Below are positions 27,401 through 41,859 of a stretch of 64,000 nt of DNA, piece after piece; position 1 is the first letter of the stretch; every line of letters begins with the position of its first letter. A program made the position numbers and the translations under genes. Location of the stretch: the NCBI GenBank assembly GCA_977020255.1, contig CDROCS010000650.1, positions 1 to 64,000 on the forward strand. The letters run 5' to 3'. The notes beneath the pieces are model-generated. The model was given only the letters and a program-made list of their open reading frames with translations. It was not told where the DNA came from and did no database searches. Source of the stretch: Obrimoposthia wandeli (Eukaryota).

Positions 27401-30400
27401 TCATGAGCGTTTTGTAGATCTCGATCTAGCTTATAAGTAACTAGGATTGGTTGAGATGTGGTCCGTCGTTGCCAATCAGGATTCAAAATTCAAATCGTAT
27501 CCAACACATCCCAAATTCAAAACACTATTATATTTTTCTTGTTTATTATATTATTACCACTATCATTTCTATATTACAATTTCCAGCCCACGACTGGTAC
27601 CTATTGAATAATTATGATAATAAAATCAGCATGTTTAACCTCAAACTCCATCCATATTTAGAAATAAAATAGACTGTTACTTAATTGTTATTTGGCTATT
27701 TTAAATCTTTTGAAATTTAGAAAATTTCTAACAAGCTTCAACAAAAGAAAAATAATTTAACAGGCTAGAAATGACTCTTTGGTTTGCTATTTTCCTTTAG
27801 GATTATTGGAACATATTTTGAAGGCATATCAAATGGAGGCTGGTATCGGGTTATAACTAGTTATGACCCTATTATCTTGATACAATAAGACGAACCTCCT
27901 TCCATTAAACTCATGATTTCTACCAATGTTTGGACAAGCACTTTACTGGAGAATTAATTAATAAAAGCGAATGGTTCACAGATCTTCATACTTGACGCAA
28001 CTGATTATTCCCAGAATGCAACTAAAATTTGCGAATCATCTCTAAACTGAAATGAGGAAAAAACTCGCAAAGTTGAGTATATTTTATGCCTTAATTGCAA
28101 ATATTTTTAACTATTTCGTTAATTAAATTATATTCTAAACAATTAATTGTATATTTTCCTTTTATGTGATGTTTACAATGTTTATTTAATTACTAAAATA
28201 ATATTATTACCAATACAAGGGTTATTGAAAAGCTACAAGTTGTTGTTTAACATAAAAAACTTTAATGTGTAAATACATATTTTACACCAGTATAAATTTA
28301 TTTAAATATAGTAATTTTATTAAAAAATATTAACATAAAATTATCTTAAATATTTAATTATCGGAATTTAATAATTTTTGAAAATAAAATAGACACGTAT
28401 GGTTCATCACGCATTTCCAGTTCTGCTTACCAAAATAATCCACTTAGCATCTATATTTAATCGTGCGACTTCAATGAAATAAACTACATATCGTGTCTAT
28501 TTAAAGTTTGAATAAGTTGAGGATGTTACATCCATAGTACTTTTAATCATTATTTTTACCAGATAGAACTATGCTTTAAATTTCAATGATTCTGAGGGGA
28601 AAAAGAAACTTAAGTATATATAAAAATAGACGAAAAAGACGCATTGATTAATCTTAAAATCCATAGAAAATATATACGCATGTCTGTCGACATTACATTA
28701 AAACTATTTCTATTTTTGAATCTATTCTTAATAGAAATCAATTTACAAATCAAATTATGAAATAAAAAGAATTTATTTAACCTCAACAGTTTTTGAGGTG
28801 TATTATTTGATTATTTCAGTCATTGACTGATAGATTTTAAACTTTAGGTAATGTAAATGATCACTTCAAATTACATATATTTTGTGACATTGACAATTGA
28901 ATCAAACTTATTTATATTTGTTGCATAACTTATTATAAATAGAATAAAACTTTTTTTTTGAAAATTATTTAATATTTACATTTTTAAGAATAAAATATTT
29001 GTAACTTGTAGTTATTCAAATGTACTCTATATACTAGATATACGTTTAATTAAAAGTATTTAAAAAACCTTATTTTAAAGTATTTTCAATATTAGTGATA
29101 AAAATAATTTGAACAATCGAAAATCATATAAGTAATGTAATTTAATTCTAACTTCAATCCCAGTAAACTTTCGCATAAATATCAAATAAAAATAATATAA
29201 TTTATTAAAATACGTTGAAATATTGAAAAAATAACTTTTAAATACATGTAAACTAGAAAATTATCAAATGAAATGAGTTCATGAAACTCACTCGACCCTT
29301 TTCTTAAACCAAAATTCAAATTAAACGTACAATCAACCCTTGACAATCCGAACTTGTAAAATATAATTAGTTTCGGATAGCGGGGTTTTTCGGATTACGG
29401 TTTTTTCTGAAAATTAACATAGATGCATATATGCAAATATATTCATTTAATTATTTTCAACAAAATCATTCAATGTAGTTTGTCTCATGTTTTTTATATA
29501 CAATTCTTCACCATTTTCTTTCATTTCGGTAAAATGGTTTCTTAGATCTGGATGAAATCGTACTGTAACTTTTTTATTATTTAAATAATCGACAATAACT
29601 TCAATTGCATTGTACATATCTTTTACAGGAACTCCAGCTTTAACAATATTGTTATTGCCAACATCATCATCACACGTTTATCTAGTTTTATCCGAAGAAA
29701 TAAGTTGAATAATTTCTTTGCCGATTTCACCAGTTTGGCCTCAACAGTTTGTAGAACATTTATATATTTTATGAATGAATACAAACCATTGAAAATCGAA
29801 TCAAATTATTCTTCGATGATTTCTTCTGATTTTTTAATACCAGTTTTCTAAAAATAATTTTTGATTGTCTCTGGTTTTACTCTTTTCCAAGAAAGATCAA
29901 TTAAGAAAATTGTTATTTTACATCCACATGATACTCTTAATCTCTGTCTAAATGAGCCATATATTCTTGAATTAATAACTTACAATAAAATAACTTAATT
30001 TTTTTAATATTCTATTTTTTGGCAGCATGATAATGTCGAATTTTGTGTATGATTGTGTTGTTATATGCAGAAGAGCATTGTCAACTAAAAGGGTAAATTT
30101 TCTTTTTTAAATGGAGAAATTCGTCGTTCAAATGTGATAAAAACTTGTCATACATCACTGATGTCATCCATGCTTTGCTATTAGAATAATAATAAGCTAA
30201 CTTATTAACAATTTCGGATTACTGTTGTAATCTTTTTTACTTCAAAATTCAGCCATTTTTCAGAATTCTTTAAGGACGTCCGACATTGTAGAAATACCGA
30301 AATTAATTCTATTTTCTCTGAAAATTAATGATTTGATATCTATAATCGTCACTTTTATGTTTTTCAATTTGAGTTTACATATTTTTGACCTGATGTTGGA

Positions 30401-33400
30401 GGGTTAATTTGTTCCTCCTCTTCTTTTTCGGGCCATTTTTTACTGGTTCTTCAAATTAATGATCAAATTTATAATCCAAAATTAAAAAATATTTAAACAA
30501 AAATATATGTTAAATTTATAATCCGAAATCTTTATTTTTACACATTTGCATTGATTCGAAACAAACTATTCACTATTGTCTATTTTTTTCGGATTATCTA
30601 GATTTCTTGATTATCGGGGTTCGGATTATGGAGGGTTGACTGTATTTGGAAAATAATGCTTGATTATTTCTTTATAAAAATTTTACATTAAACCGTTTTA
30701 GCTGAATCTCTGTACTGATGTAAAAACTTCATAACAAATCAACTACTACAGTTCAGAAAACACTATAAGAGTTAAGTTCTAAGACATTTGGAATTTCGTA
30801 TGAAAGTACGAGCTGGTGAAAACGCTGGATTAAAGATAAATGATTGAACTTTATTTGTTTACCCATTTAGTCTAAACTAGTTAGCACGTTGTGTGTAACT
30901 AACACCACAATTTTAAAAGTATTATTTAATTTGATTTCAAAATGTTGGTTAATCTAATTTACAATGAAAAACATAATATAATTAATAAAGTACATGTCAT
31001 TTTATAATATTTAAAAGTACAAAATATAACTGTTTCAAGCATTTAACTATTCATTATCCCTCAAACAATATTACTCTTACAAATAGGAAAACGAGAAATG
31101 GATGAAAAATAAAGCATATTTATTAAACCAGTTTCTTAATACTGTAGAATAATCTGTCATTTTCAAACTTTTAACTGTAAAAAAATTTTAAATCTCTAAA
31201 TATTTACTTTTTTGAAAATTATTATGGTACAACAAATTATTTGTAAACGTATCAGTTTATTGAGTATATTAGAAAAATTGTTTCACATCATGATTATTGT
31301 GATAATTAAAACTAATACATCCGACTAAAACATTTATGAACTGTTTGCAAATATGACGACTCAAATAATCATCCAGAACACTGATGGAGTGATGAGCGAC
31401 TACATACCGGCGTGTGTGCAGAGGCGTTATGTGACCACATGTTTTTAACTATTTGTTAGTTTGGAATATAACACATCAAAAAGTGTTACTATAAAATATT
31501 TTTTACCAAGCCTAAATTTTGAAATATTTTAAAGTAATAAACAGAATTGAATTATTGCAAAGTTTGAAAGTATTAAATGTAATAGAGTTCTTCATCGCAT
31601 TTGTCGAAAGGTGCTACTGAGGTCAATTTAAATGAAAAGTAATAAAAGAACCCGTGTTTGAAGTATCTAGAGTGAGGTGAGATATTTTGTTACCAAGAGA
31701 AAAGAGACATTATGTTTGCGAACTGTATTTGTTCTGAAGGAATTGTTTCTTTGTCTATTGAATTTTTAATTTATTGTGCATCACATTGCGATATATTGAA
31801 AAGAATTAAAGATTTCCGAAATTAACGCATCACAAAAATTCTTCTACACCAGACAATATTTGTGAATGAATAATTTGCTAATTACAGAAAAATATCCACG
31901 ATCTATAGATCAAAATATTCGGAAGAACAGAGTATTACAAAAGATTCAGTCAGAAATATGAAAATGAAAAACTTACAGTAGAATCAAAACGTATTTTTCG
32001 CAATTCTAAAAAATCAATGTAAACTTGTGTTATCAGTGATTTTTTTAAAATATATTTCATGTAAACTTCTAATGAACATGTTTCAGTTTTTTTTGCATGT
32101 ACTATAATTTGATTAATATCATTTCACTCCATGTAAGTTTGAAATTTATAACTTCAATGGTTTTTAACGCAACTTTAAAATATAAATATTCTATTTTTGA
32201 AAGTCTGAAAACCTGATTCACTTACTCTCATTGATAAATGTCTGGAACAAAATCCTCGTCTCTGTGATTCTTTAGTGCAATTCTCCTTGCTACACAAACG
32301 CCGCCATTGCTTTCCATTGAATTTCTTCCGAACTCCATTTGGGGTTTTGACTACATCACCCTAAAAATAAATAAAACATTTGATCATCAATATAAAGAAA
32401 TATCTAACTAATTTATATTTACTATTAAAAATGTTGAGATCTATTAAATTTACTCCAATCCTAAAATCTTCTTAATGTAGTAAAATTAATTTAAAAACTT
32501 CTAAATATTACTTCTTTTGAACTACATTGTACTTTTAAGATTAAGATTCTTGTATTTTATATTCTTGTGATATTTTTTTAACTTTTTCGTCAACAATAAA
32601 CTAGTATATCAAGTCTTATCAAGAAAGATTTGTTTAAAATGAAATACCAATATCATCAGACATAAGTGATTTATGTCTGTACCTTTCTGTAGCACTTTTG
32701 TGCATTGATACCACTGTTGATTTGTCTCATAATGGAACTGGGTCCTGGTTTGTCTGAAGGGTGACTAGAAGAACCTCCAATAGCAGTAGCAGGGGTAGAA
32801 TTCTCCGCGGATGTATGTTGATGTTTCTTCTGACTGCTAGAGATATGTTGCGTTTGTACTGCTGCTACAGAAGAGCTGCTTGGTACTACGATTGAGGTAG
32901 ACTGAGGTGAACTGATCATGTTAAAACTGGGTGGCAATGGCAGTGGCGGGAAAATGAGGGGAGCTGTTGTGACAATCTGGGTGGATATAGGTGAAGTTGA
33001 GATGAGATTAGAGGCATTAAAGGTGCTGCTGAGATGCGGTGTAACTGGTACCACTGACATGCTGCTGCTATTGGAGGGATGCTGCACTTGCACAGGAGAA
33101 TCGATTTTGACTATGGAGTCGTCTGACTTTCGACATTCACTATCTGCATTGTCAGAGAGAGTGTCTTTGTCAACAAGGTTTTCGTTGGATTCAGTTGATT
33201 TCTCTGAAATTATTCAGATTGAAAATTAATGAAAATTTTCAAGTTGTTTCAAAAAATTAAAATAATTATTCAAATAAAATTGAGAAAATATCAAATATCA
33301 AAATTATTTTAAACCTTTGTCTTGAGGTTCACTTTCATGCCGAAGATTTTTCTCTCCATCCGTCAAAGTAAATTCACAATTCTCTAGCATCTGCAAAGTT

Positions 33401-36400
33401 TCAACTAATAATTACTATCTTTATTGTAATAAAAAGTTATAAAAGTGTTTTTCAAATAACTTGACTAATAAAAGTAGTTTGTTTTATAAAACATGTAGAA
33501 GTTAAGGGTATCTACTATTTAGTATTATTAGTCAAATATAATTTATGTATTAAAAAAATGTTCCATTTAAAAGAAAAAGTTTCGGAAAATATATTAAGCT
33601 TTTATCAATTTACAATTCCTTATTATAGGATTCAATTTATTCAATGTTAAATTATGATCAAGATTCATTGTCTCCAAATTTTTATAATATCTCAGCTTAC
33701 CTAATCGTGATATATTTACAAGTAAATTATATTAACTAATTAGTTTTCAATGTATTTTAATTCAATTGGAAGTCCAATAAGTGCATGTTTTCAAAGATAA
33801 AGTCATTATTAGATATCTCAGAAAAATAAATAATCTTTTTTAGGTTAGAAAACATTAATAGGGTCATGTGATTTGACTATCAAATACAATTACACTAATA
33901 AACTCGAGCTAGGACAATGTGATTTTTTGACCTCATACTCAGTATCCAAAATCACTAGACTGAAATAGCTCAGCGATATTACAGACAATACGCATTCAAA
34001 GCTACTCATCTGTTTTATTACGCGTTTAGATAACAATGGTTTAGCTTAGTGTTATTGGTAGACAATTTATCACCTGATTAAACTAGTAGGTGCATCGAAA
34101 CAATAATCTTTATTGATTGAAAATAAATTAAAATAGTACAGTTTTGATTAAGTAGTCACGTTTAGGTAAACTTTAATATCGAACAGCGCGGTAAATAAAA
34201 TTCAATAATTATATACAATGCGCATCACACTAAATGAGGTCTTAACGATTATAATAAAGAGTAAAACACTGCTTGATTTAAAAAAAGAGGCATCATCGTT
34301 TGAAACTTCCTAATAAAAATATTAAATATATATAATTATATTTCATGAAAACAGACCGATATAATCTTCTGTACTATTTTTAACTACAATAAATTGATCA
34401 GATACGTTTTTCAGTTTGTCTTTATTGATATTTGTTTGATGCATAGTAAATACTTTAGAATCGAGGTCCACAAACTGTTTAATGTGTAAATATATTTTGA
34501 TACATTAAATTATTAATTATTCAAAATAGCAACAAAAAATACCAAGCATCATTGAATCTATTAATGTTGACGCACAAATATGTATTTAATGATACAAATA
34601 TTTACAAACTGAATCCAAAATAAAAAGGATTGTAAGAATCCCTCACTTTTGGAAATATAAATATTTAACAATATTGTTTGCACAAAAAAATAAGCAAAGC
34701 CACCGGTTTTATATTCAAAATAAAGAAACGTGTAGTATAAGCTATCGATCAGAGCTAGAATTGAACTCAAGATCTTACTTTTTACTAAAAAATTGTATTC
34801 TCTCACTAAATCTCAAGTATTTATATGATCTTCTCGAGCCTAATGCATCTTAGGTGCAATTATGGAGATTCATCGACCCTACATAAAGTAGAAGCACTGA
34901 AAAACGCCCGAAGTAACTATGACTGGATAAATGAATTACTGGTTAATCATCAAAAATACAGGAGTGTTACAGCAAAAAAGAGATGAAGGAGTTAACAAAA
35001 AATAATATGGATATTGCAAATAGTGTTAATTAAAATTTGCAGTGGAGAATAAAATAAATAATATTAATTTTTAGAATAAAAACGCTGGCTAATATTATTC
35101 AGAAGAAATAATAAAAAAATAATAAAATACATCCTATTTCTCATATTCAGAATAGTAGGGTATTTGACAAAGGTAATAACATATCAGGTAAACATGAAAG
35201 CGCTGGTAAGCAGTACTACCTCTCCACGCGTGGAGTACAGTCAACACCCAGTCTATGAAGAAATCTTTTGTATTTGTCGGGGGACAAAAGATATCCGTGG
35301 ATCCAAAGACCAAAAACTTATCGAGAATCTCTCGAAACCCAAAATCCAGCGTGGAGATCAGAGTGTGAACATTTATGTCCCACATTACCACCGTAGCAGG
35401 GGCGCAGAATGGGGAAAAAATCTCAATCCGGAGAAAATGTACGACTTCTAGCTAGGAACATCTTTGACGATCAAATGTAGAATAACAAGTACCCTACATT
35501 CCTCATATTCAGGACCTACGCGGAGGCCTACTTGATCTACTTCATTGATGGATAAGGGATTGCCGCCAAAAACATTGTGAACGAGCAACTGAAATGTGTA
35601 CGAGAAAGTTCTGAGTGTCAGCAATTGTTTTCAAACAATAAAATACGGAAGAAAGACCATGAGTGTGACCTTTTATTCTGGAAAAAACAAGTCCACCTAC
35701 TACGAAAGTCTAAAATCTACAGTGCAGCCTATGGAGAAAGTACCCCTCGAAATTAAGGAATAGGACACCACGTATCAGGCACTTGCACTACTACCAGCAC
35801 CCACACTACGAATAATACAACACTACTATCAGCACCCACAAGTTCAAAGAATACAGAACCTATTATCAATAACAGAAAACGCAGAATGTCGGAGGAAAAG
35901 AAGTGATTCTGAGAGGTGCGCCAAGCGTACATAGACTATCGCTTTTCCTTTAAAAAAGGATGCTCAGCATCGGAGGGTTGGGGATTATGTTGTCGTGGTT
36001 GACATCCCAAATGTGCGAAGTAGTAACCTCTCCCTAGTGAGAGGACCGTGGAACCCGCGATCGTGATGGAGATCAACTGCATTGAACGTTGACTTGTGGA
36101 GAAACAGTTTGCATTAAAACATGATGATGCTAAAGACAAATATTACAAACCCAGAAATGCAGGCGCAGTCAAGGATCATGATCTTGCCAAATTGTATCGT
36201 ACAAATCCCAAAGAAGCAATCAATCAGATTATGATCGAGAACATTGATATTCATAGTATGCCGGACAGAAGAAACATACTTGGCTTCTTTGAGACTAAGA
36301 TATCAGAACCTATACTGATGGATTGGAGTACATTACCCGACAACCTTTTTCGGAGAGGAGAAAGTACCTTTAAGTGCGATATTGTTACTGCAAAGATGTT

Positions 36401-39400
36401 AAGTTTCACTATCAGGCAAGCTCCTGCCAATGTCCCAGGGCCTGATGGGATAACATACTCCAACATCAGGAAACAAGACCCAAATTGCAATGAGATAACG
36501 TCCTTGTTTAACTGAAAGCCAGTATCATGCCTACTGCATAGAGAACCTTCAGGAATAAGTTTATTCCAAAAGCTAGAAAAGTTTCGTATAGCGACATTAC
36601 TGCGTGGAAACCAATTGCGGTTATGAGTTGCATTTACAAAGTACTGACTAGTGTAATTGCTTCTATCTACGAAACTGGTCATGGAAAGGAAAACTTCTAC
36701 ATCCATCTCAAAAGAGCATCGGCAGGTTTGAGGGCTGTTTTAAGCTCAATACGGTTCTCAATCTCCTCTAACTACAGATAGTGCTTACAGGTATAAAAAA
36801 ATTATACAGAGTAACAGAATATTTGATTTATTATCCGAATCTTTACACCCATCTACCGATGAATAAAAGAAACTGTAACAATGTTGAAAAATTCAAGAAC
36901 CAGACGAAGACTTTACTACTCATAAAATATTACTAAAAAATTCCTGCTTAGGAATCATAGATTTATTAGATATAAGTGCTATATTAAATATATTGTTATT
37001 TTTTATAAATTTTAAGCGTTTATGAAAAAACATGCATTGAAAATAATTTTAATGAATTTTTACATAATATAAATTTTTAAAAATATCAAAATTAATTAAG
37101 TACATATTATAATCTAGTATATATTTAACTTTAACTAAATTAAGAAGAAAAACAAAGATTATTTGGGGCTCATGTTAAACCAATATTTACCAAAAAAATA
37201 ATTGAAAAATTTAAATAAACTTAATTTTTTATTTATTGTAAAACAATATAACCAATTTCATCCAATAAAAATAGAAATCTAATATGCGTATTTATTTTAA
37301 AACTATAAAATTTAAGTCTTTAAAACGAATTTTTTGACAAGAAAAATTTTGAATGGATCACAAGTTAAAGTCATTTGCTTTTGAATGTAAGACCTTCTTT
37401 CTTTAAAAAATTATTTTCATGTTTCTCTTAAATATACGATAACTTGGAAAAGAGAAAAACAGTTGCCAGTTGAAATAAAATTGGAAGATATATATTGTAC
37501 GATATTGAAAATATATTCATCAGTTATATTTAGTAAGCACCCATATGACTGGTGCTGAGGCCGCGGAAGCGATAGAAAATAACGTGCATTAATGCTTCAA
37601 ACGATACATATCAAATTTACATTATACACGATTATCAAAGTACCCCTATGATTGTTGTAGATACTATTAAACCTAAATTATTTTATCGTTTTGTTTATTT
37701 CAGGCAATGAAAAGTTAGCCATTCTAAAAAATATATTAAACTTTTTATGTTACGTTAACTTTCAAAAACCTTATTTAAACCAAAACATAAAAATTTCAGT
37801 TTATTATTCTCAGGATCGATTATACTTAAAATTAACTAAATGTAAATTATTATATGACGATTTCAAATTTCTTAAACACAAATTTGAAAAAAACATATAC
37901 CTCGTCAAGTTCTTCTTGCCAAGGAAGCTGAAGAATCTTGAGTTGGGCACGATGAAACTGGAGACCGACGGAAGATGTTTGTGACATCGATTGGTTGATG
38001 TCACTTGACGAAATACTGTGATCCGGAATGATATTGTAAACTCGCTGTGGTCTGCTTTCGTCATCCAACTTCAAACTGATACGTCCACATCCAAATGTCT
38101 CGTTAGTCAACGGATAGCATACTCGAGTATTGCTGCATAAAAAGAATACAGATATTTAATACATAACATACATTTCCTTTAAATCAATTCATGTAAATTA
38201 ACTCAATTTGTCAGGTTGAGAACTGAGGAATCGACAATACGTATTTAAAACCGATTCAGTTTCAATACAAAATTATCTGTTTATCATTTTTAATTTTGTG
38301 TGAACAATTAATAAAAATATTACTTAAGTTTAAACTTTTTGAAATAAAATCCAATTTTTTATTTAAAAAATTAAATAAAAACAGCACATTGAAAGTTTTC
38401 ATGACATTTAATAGCCAAAGTATTGCTCGATAAAAAATATGCAGGTAAATTGAGCAAATATTCGAAAGTTTTCCTTAACATAAAAATAACTGAATTTATA
38501 ACTTAATGTATTATGAAGTTATGATCATTGTTACGTGTTGAATACTATAGTTAAAAATAAAATAAGATTAATAAAGACCATAGTTAATCTTTCAAAAAAG
38601 ATTATTTGCACTGAATTTATATGAAAAATACAGATTGAATTTTTTGAACATAATAAAATTATATATTTGTAAAAGTAGTTTTTATATAAAGTGTGAGTTA
38701 TTTTGTTTGTTTGATATAATTTTCTTTGATTTCAAGCATTTTAAAATATTTTTTAAAGTAAAATAGAAGCTTTTAACATACTTAAACAAAAATGATTTTG
38801 AACTTAATTTTCATAATAAAATTAAAAATATACAACACTAATTTATTTTTATTATTGGAAATATATATGAATGAAAATGCAATCCTTAAGAAAGGTTATG
38901 TACAAAGGTATTCCGAAAATTCACGGTTAATTATTAATAAGCCAAATAATAATTGAAAATTTATATTGTGCATAATAAACTATATATATGAATTTGGAGG
39001 CATTTAGCTGGAAATTAATTTTAACTGAAAATCATTTCACTTATAATAAACAGTAGTTAATACATCTTATTTAACTTCGAACTGCAATTGGCACTTACTC
39101 TATTAACTGTGCCAATGACGGTGCATTGTCTCCAATAATAATGGGATATTCGTTAATGTCATTAGTAAGTAAATCCAATTCTCGGCTGTCCTGTGCAGTT
39201 TCTCCGACCGAAACTTTACCGGATTTACTCTCTGACGACCGAATAGCTCCACGAGTATAAAAATAGTATATGATATCGTCACTTTTTTCTGGAAATATAA
39301 AGTAAACAATCAGGTTGTGTAGAGAAACTCTGAATGAAAAAGTGCTGAACTGATTTTGCTGTTTGATGTCTTTAATGAATGCTTTAAAAACAAAATACTT

Positions 39401-41345
39401 CATGTGATGGTGAAATTTTGTTACAAATAACCCCATTTAATTGGAGTAAAATAGTAAAGCAACGAAATGTTTGTTACAAATTAGCATATTATTGGTTGAA
39501 CAGGACAGGAAATTATTTACAACTTTTACTAATAATTTTGGATGAGTTGTAATTATGTTGCTAAAAATAGTATGGATAAATGAAAACATATTCAGTCATT
39601 TGACATCGTAAAAACAATGTGAAATAATCTATATTTTAGACATGATTGATATGTTGTCAATTATTGTGGAAGATAAATATTGCAATTAAACAAATATAAA
39701 TATGTAGGATGACTACTTTTTTCCTTTAGATTAACATAACTTTTTATTTACATATAAATTCAAATGTAAATAATAAATACTGTAATTAATAAAAACGAAA
39801 AATAAATTGAATTACTTTGATTTGAAATATAATTTAATTTTTTAATAACTATTGTTATGTTTGCTTTAAAAATAATAAGAATTGAGTAATAATAAATGTT
39901 TAAGTGGTAATTATTAAACAATATTATTTCAATATGTATTTTATATTTATAAGAATTGCACTGCTAATCTAATTTTAATGATTAACTAAATTATAACTTA
40001 AATCAATTTATTTGTAGAATTAGCCTTTCCTTGATCCATATACTTGCATACCATGATTTATTATAGTGTTAATTGAGCAATATTGATGAATAATTATATA
40101 ACTGTAAATAAAACGATTTTTTCTTGTTAATTAGTGCAATTAAATTTACACTTGTCCAACTCCAATAGTTTTTAATATAAAAACATATATATCTATTGCA
40201 TTCCCAATAATTATTGATAATTATTTCATACTAAACATTATAACAGTTTTTAGCATATTAAATAACAATTGAAATTGAAATTTATAATAATAATCGTTAT
40301 GCCAGAATTTACAACGATAAATAATTAGAATTTCTGTGTGCATAAAAGTGAGAATTTCTAAAAATAAAGCAGTGAATTGCTCATGGCTGTTGACTAAGGT
40401 GAATAGCTCAACAATCAGTAATCAATTGTAATTTAATGATCAATGCACTGCAATGGCATGACGGAGAACATCACTCAATAACTATCAATAATAAGTAGAA
40501 TAATAGGTATGTGAACAAATCAAACTGCAACTAATAACTGCACTCAGAATATTACGTAATACACTTGTAATCTAATGCTCAAAAATTATAACCTTAAAAC
40601 TGTTTTCTTCTGATTTAAAGGATGTTATGACTTAAATGAAAAACAAATCAGATACAATTATTGAAAACAAAGTGTAAACAAACAATAAAATAAAAAAAAT
40701 AGATTTATTTATATATGTTAAATATTAGTGGATTTATTTGCTTATAAACAGTGCTATGTATATAATATAAGAGAAATAACATTTTTCAAATACAAAATAT
40801 TTTGCTATCTTTAAAATCTCATTTACAAAAGCATTTCAAATTTATTTGAAGTCTAAATATTCATGAATTAGCCATTATATATACAATACAATATATATAC
40901 AATACATTACATTATATTACATGATATGATTTATATATAATTTGGATAAGTATTTTATGAATAACTGTTTTAGAATTATGGCAATATTTTAATTTCGTAA
41001 TAATATTGTAATAATTTCTTTAATAATTACTTTATATAATTTGACCATGTTAACATATTTTAATGAAACTTAAAAATCAATATGTTAGACTAAAAAAATA
41101 CGAATAACTTACTCACCAATTTTTTTGCCCACATTTCTAATTAATACCGGTGAACCATGCCAAGCATCAATTCGCACATTATTTAAAGCACGTAAAAAAC
41201 ATTTTTGATTATGACTCAACATTTCTGGATTACATACTTTTTCTGTTTTTCTCTTCTTTAAAGGTAAATTTGATTCAACATTGTCATCATTGTCTCTTTT
41301 GGTGTCAAATAATTTGTTAGATATGTTGGATAATTTATTTTCCAT
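10827..41345 (-). CDS. cic: Capicua, long isoform (HMG-box repressor), 18 predicted coding exons, ~1774 aa
   Basis: Exons (GT-AG, all phases compatible, 5325 nt): 41117-41345, 39099-39288, 37901-38132, 33315-33390, 32683-33203, 32226-32360, 26219-26429, 25207-25258, 23638-23825, 22708-22827, 22170-22591, 21362-21530, 20772-21089, 18402-19112, 13807-14470, 13171-13370, 11950-12444, 10827-11218. Contains CIC-L N-terminal motifs, a WYQILP motif resembling the ATXN1-binding segment, the HMG box, [12 protein letters not shown]2 (FFGSDF) and C1 ([12 protein letters not shown]). The 52-nt exon and the donor at 18402 are the least certain. Confidence 0.93.
15443..16560 (+). mobile_element. Decayed Ty3/gypsy 5' fragment (short LTR-like segment, PBS, gag) in a cic intron
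   Basis: ...AAAACA TAAC TGGCGACC (PBS-like, 15568). Gag-like [26 protein letters not shown] and [15 protein letters not shown]. Broken zinc knuckle [13 protein letters not shown] at ~16397-16440. Confidence 0.55.
21362..22591 (-). CDS. cic: cic HMG-box exons
   Basis: [41 protein letters not shown]...[11 protein letters not shown]|[14 protein letters not shown], a CIC-type HMG box split by the intron 21531-22169. Confidence 0.95.
23120..23420 (-). mobile_element. Tc1-like transposase remnant
   Basis: Fragmentary GKNIMWG and an SDETK-like segment, with multiple stops. Confidence 0.35.
23950..24200 (+). mobile_element. Tc1/mariner transposase remnant
   Basis: [13 protein letters not shown] resembles the conserved WPPRSPDLNPLDF motif. 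Confidence 0.5.
29330..30642 (-). mobile_element. pogo/Tigger-like DNA transposon, degenerate
   Basis: TIRs CA(A/G)TCAACCCT..A(C/T)AATCCGAAC at both ends, flanked by TA (29328-29329, 30643-30644). Minus-strand remnants KLTLQHQVK and STMSDVLK resemble a CENP-B-type HTH. Confidence 0.75.
32226..32360 (-). CDS. cic: cic exon with the CIC-L-specific conserved Cys/His motif
   Basis: [45 protein letters not shown]; not in the ORF track because it is too short. Confidence 0.92.
35100..36790 (+). mobile_element. Truncated non-LTR retrotransposon of the R2/R4/NeSL (restriction-like endonuclease) type
   Basis: [54 protein letters not shown] and LLHPSQK..EGCF are RT N-terminal blocks. Stops and frameshifts are present, and the element ends before the YADD region. 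Confidence 0.75.
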
Positions 41346-41431
41346 TAATATCAAACATCAAAAACATCAATAAATGATGCAATTTTTACAAACATAATCT
41401 ATATACCATAAAGACTAAATTGTAAATTCTG

Positions 41432-41466
41432 ATTGGCCGTATGAATGACAAAAATTAATGCATTGG
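41432..41466 (-). promoter_or_regulatory. Two CCAAT boxes 30 bp apart upstream of the cic ATG (putative NF-Y promoter)
   Basis: ATTGG at 41432-41436 and 41462-41466, i.e. CCAAT on the cic strand, ~90-120 bp upstream of the ATG at 41345. Confidence 0.4.
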
Positions 41467-41859
41467 TTGTAATCGATATTCGAGGTCATACAGTTATTTT
41501 TAATTTAATAAAAGAATTCTTTGTAATTTTACTACGTTTCAAATAAAATATCTCATTAACATAATGAATGTATTGCTTTTTATTTTTTTAACAAATTAGG
41601 GCTTCATTTAAAATAATTATTTAAATTTTATATTAAAGTGTTTTTCAAAATATTTATATAACGTTAACAATTTTGAATTTTTCAAATCAATTAAAAATAA
41701 TTATAATTTACTTTTATGGATTGGTTTTGACCAATTTTCTTAAAACATAAATATAAACATAATACTTTTTTTAATTGAGCAATGTAAATTAAAGGTTGCC
41801 TGATAAGAGTCAATACATATTTTTAAATATAATGAAGAAATGATATCACTTAAATGATA

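Noticed and set aside
27780-28060. RPA/OB-fold-like fragments ([19 protein letters not shown]) on the minus strand
   Set aside because: Stops in all frames and too short to support; possibly a Helitron relic.
31350-31440. ATGACGA/CTGA/GTGATGA boxes suggesting a C/D snoRNA or hammerhead ribozyme
   Set aside because: No terminal D box or stem, no hammerhead core, and it is antisense to the host intron.
10907-33229. Antisense or overlapping ORFs on cic exons (12061, 14035, 22173, 23598, 32918)
   Set aside because: Shadows of GC-richer exons, with no independent evidence.
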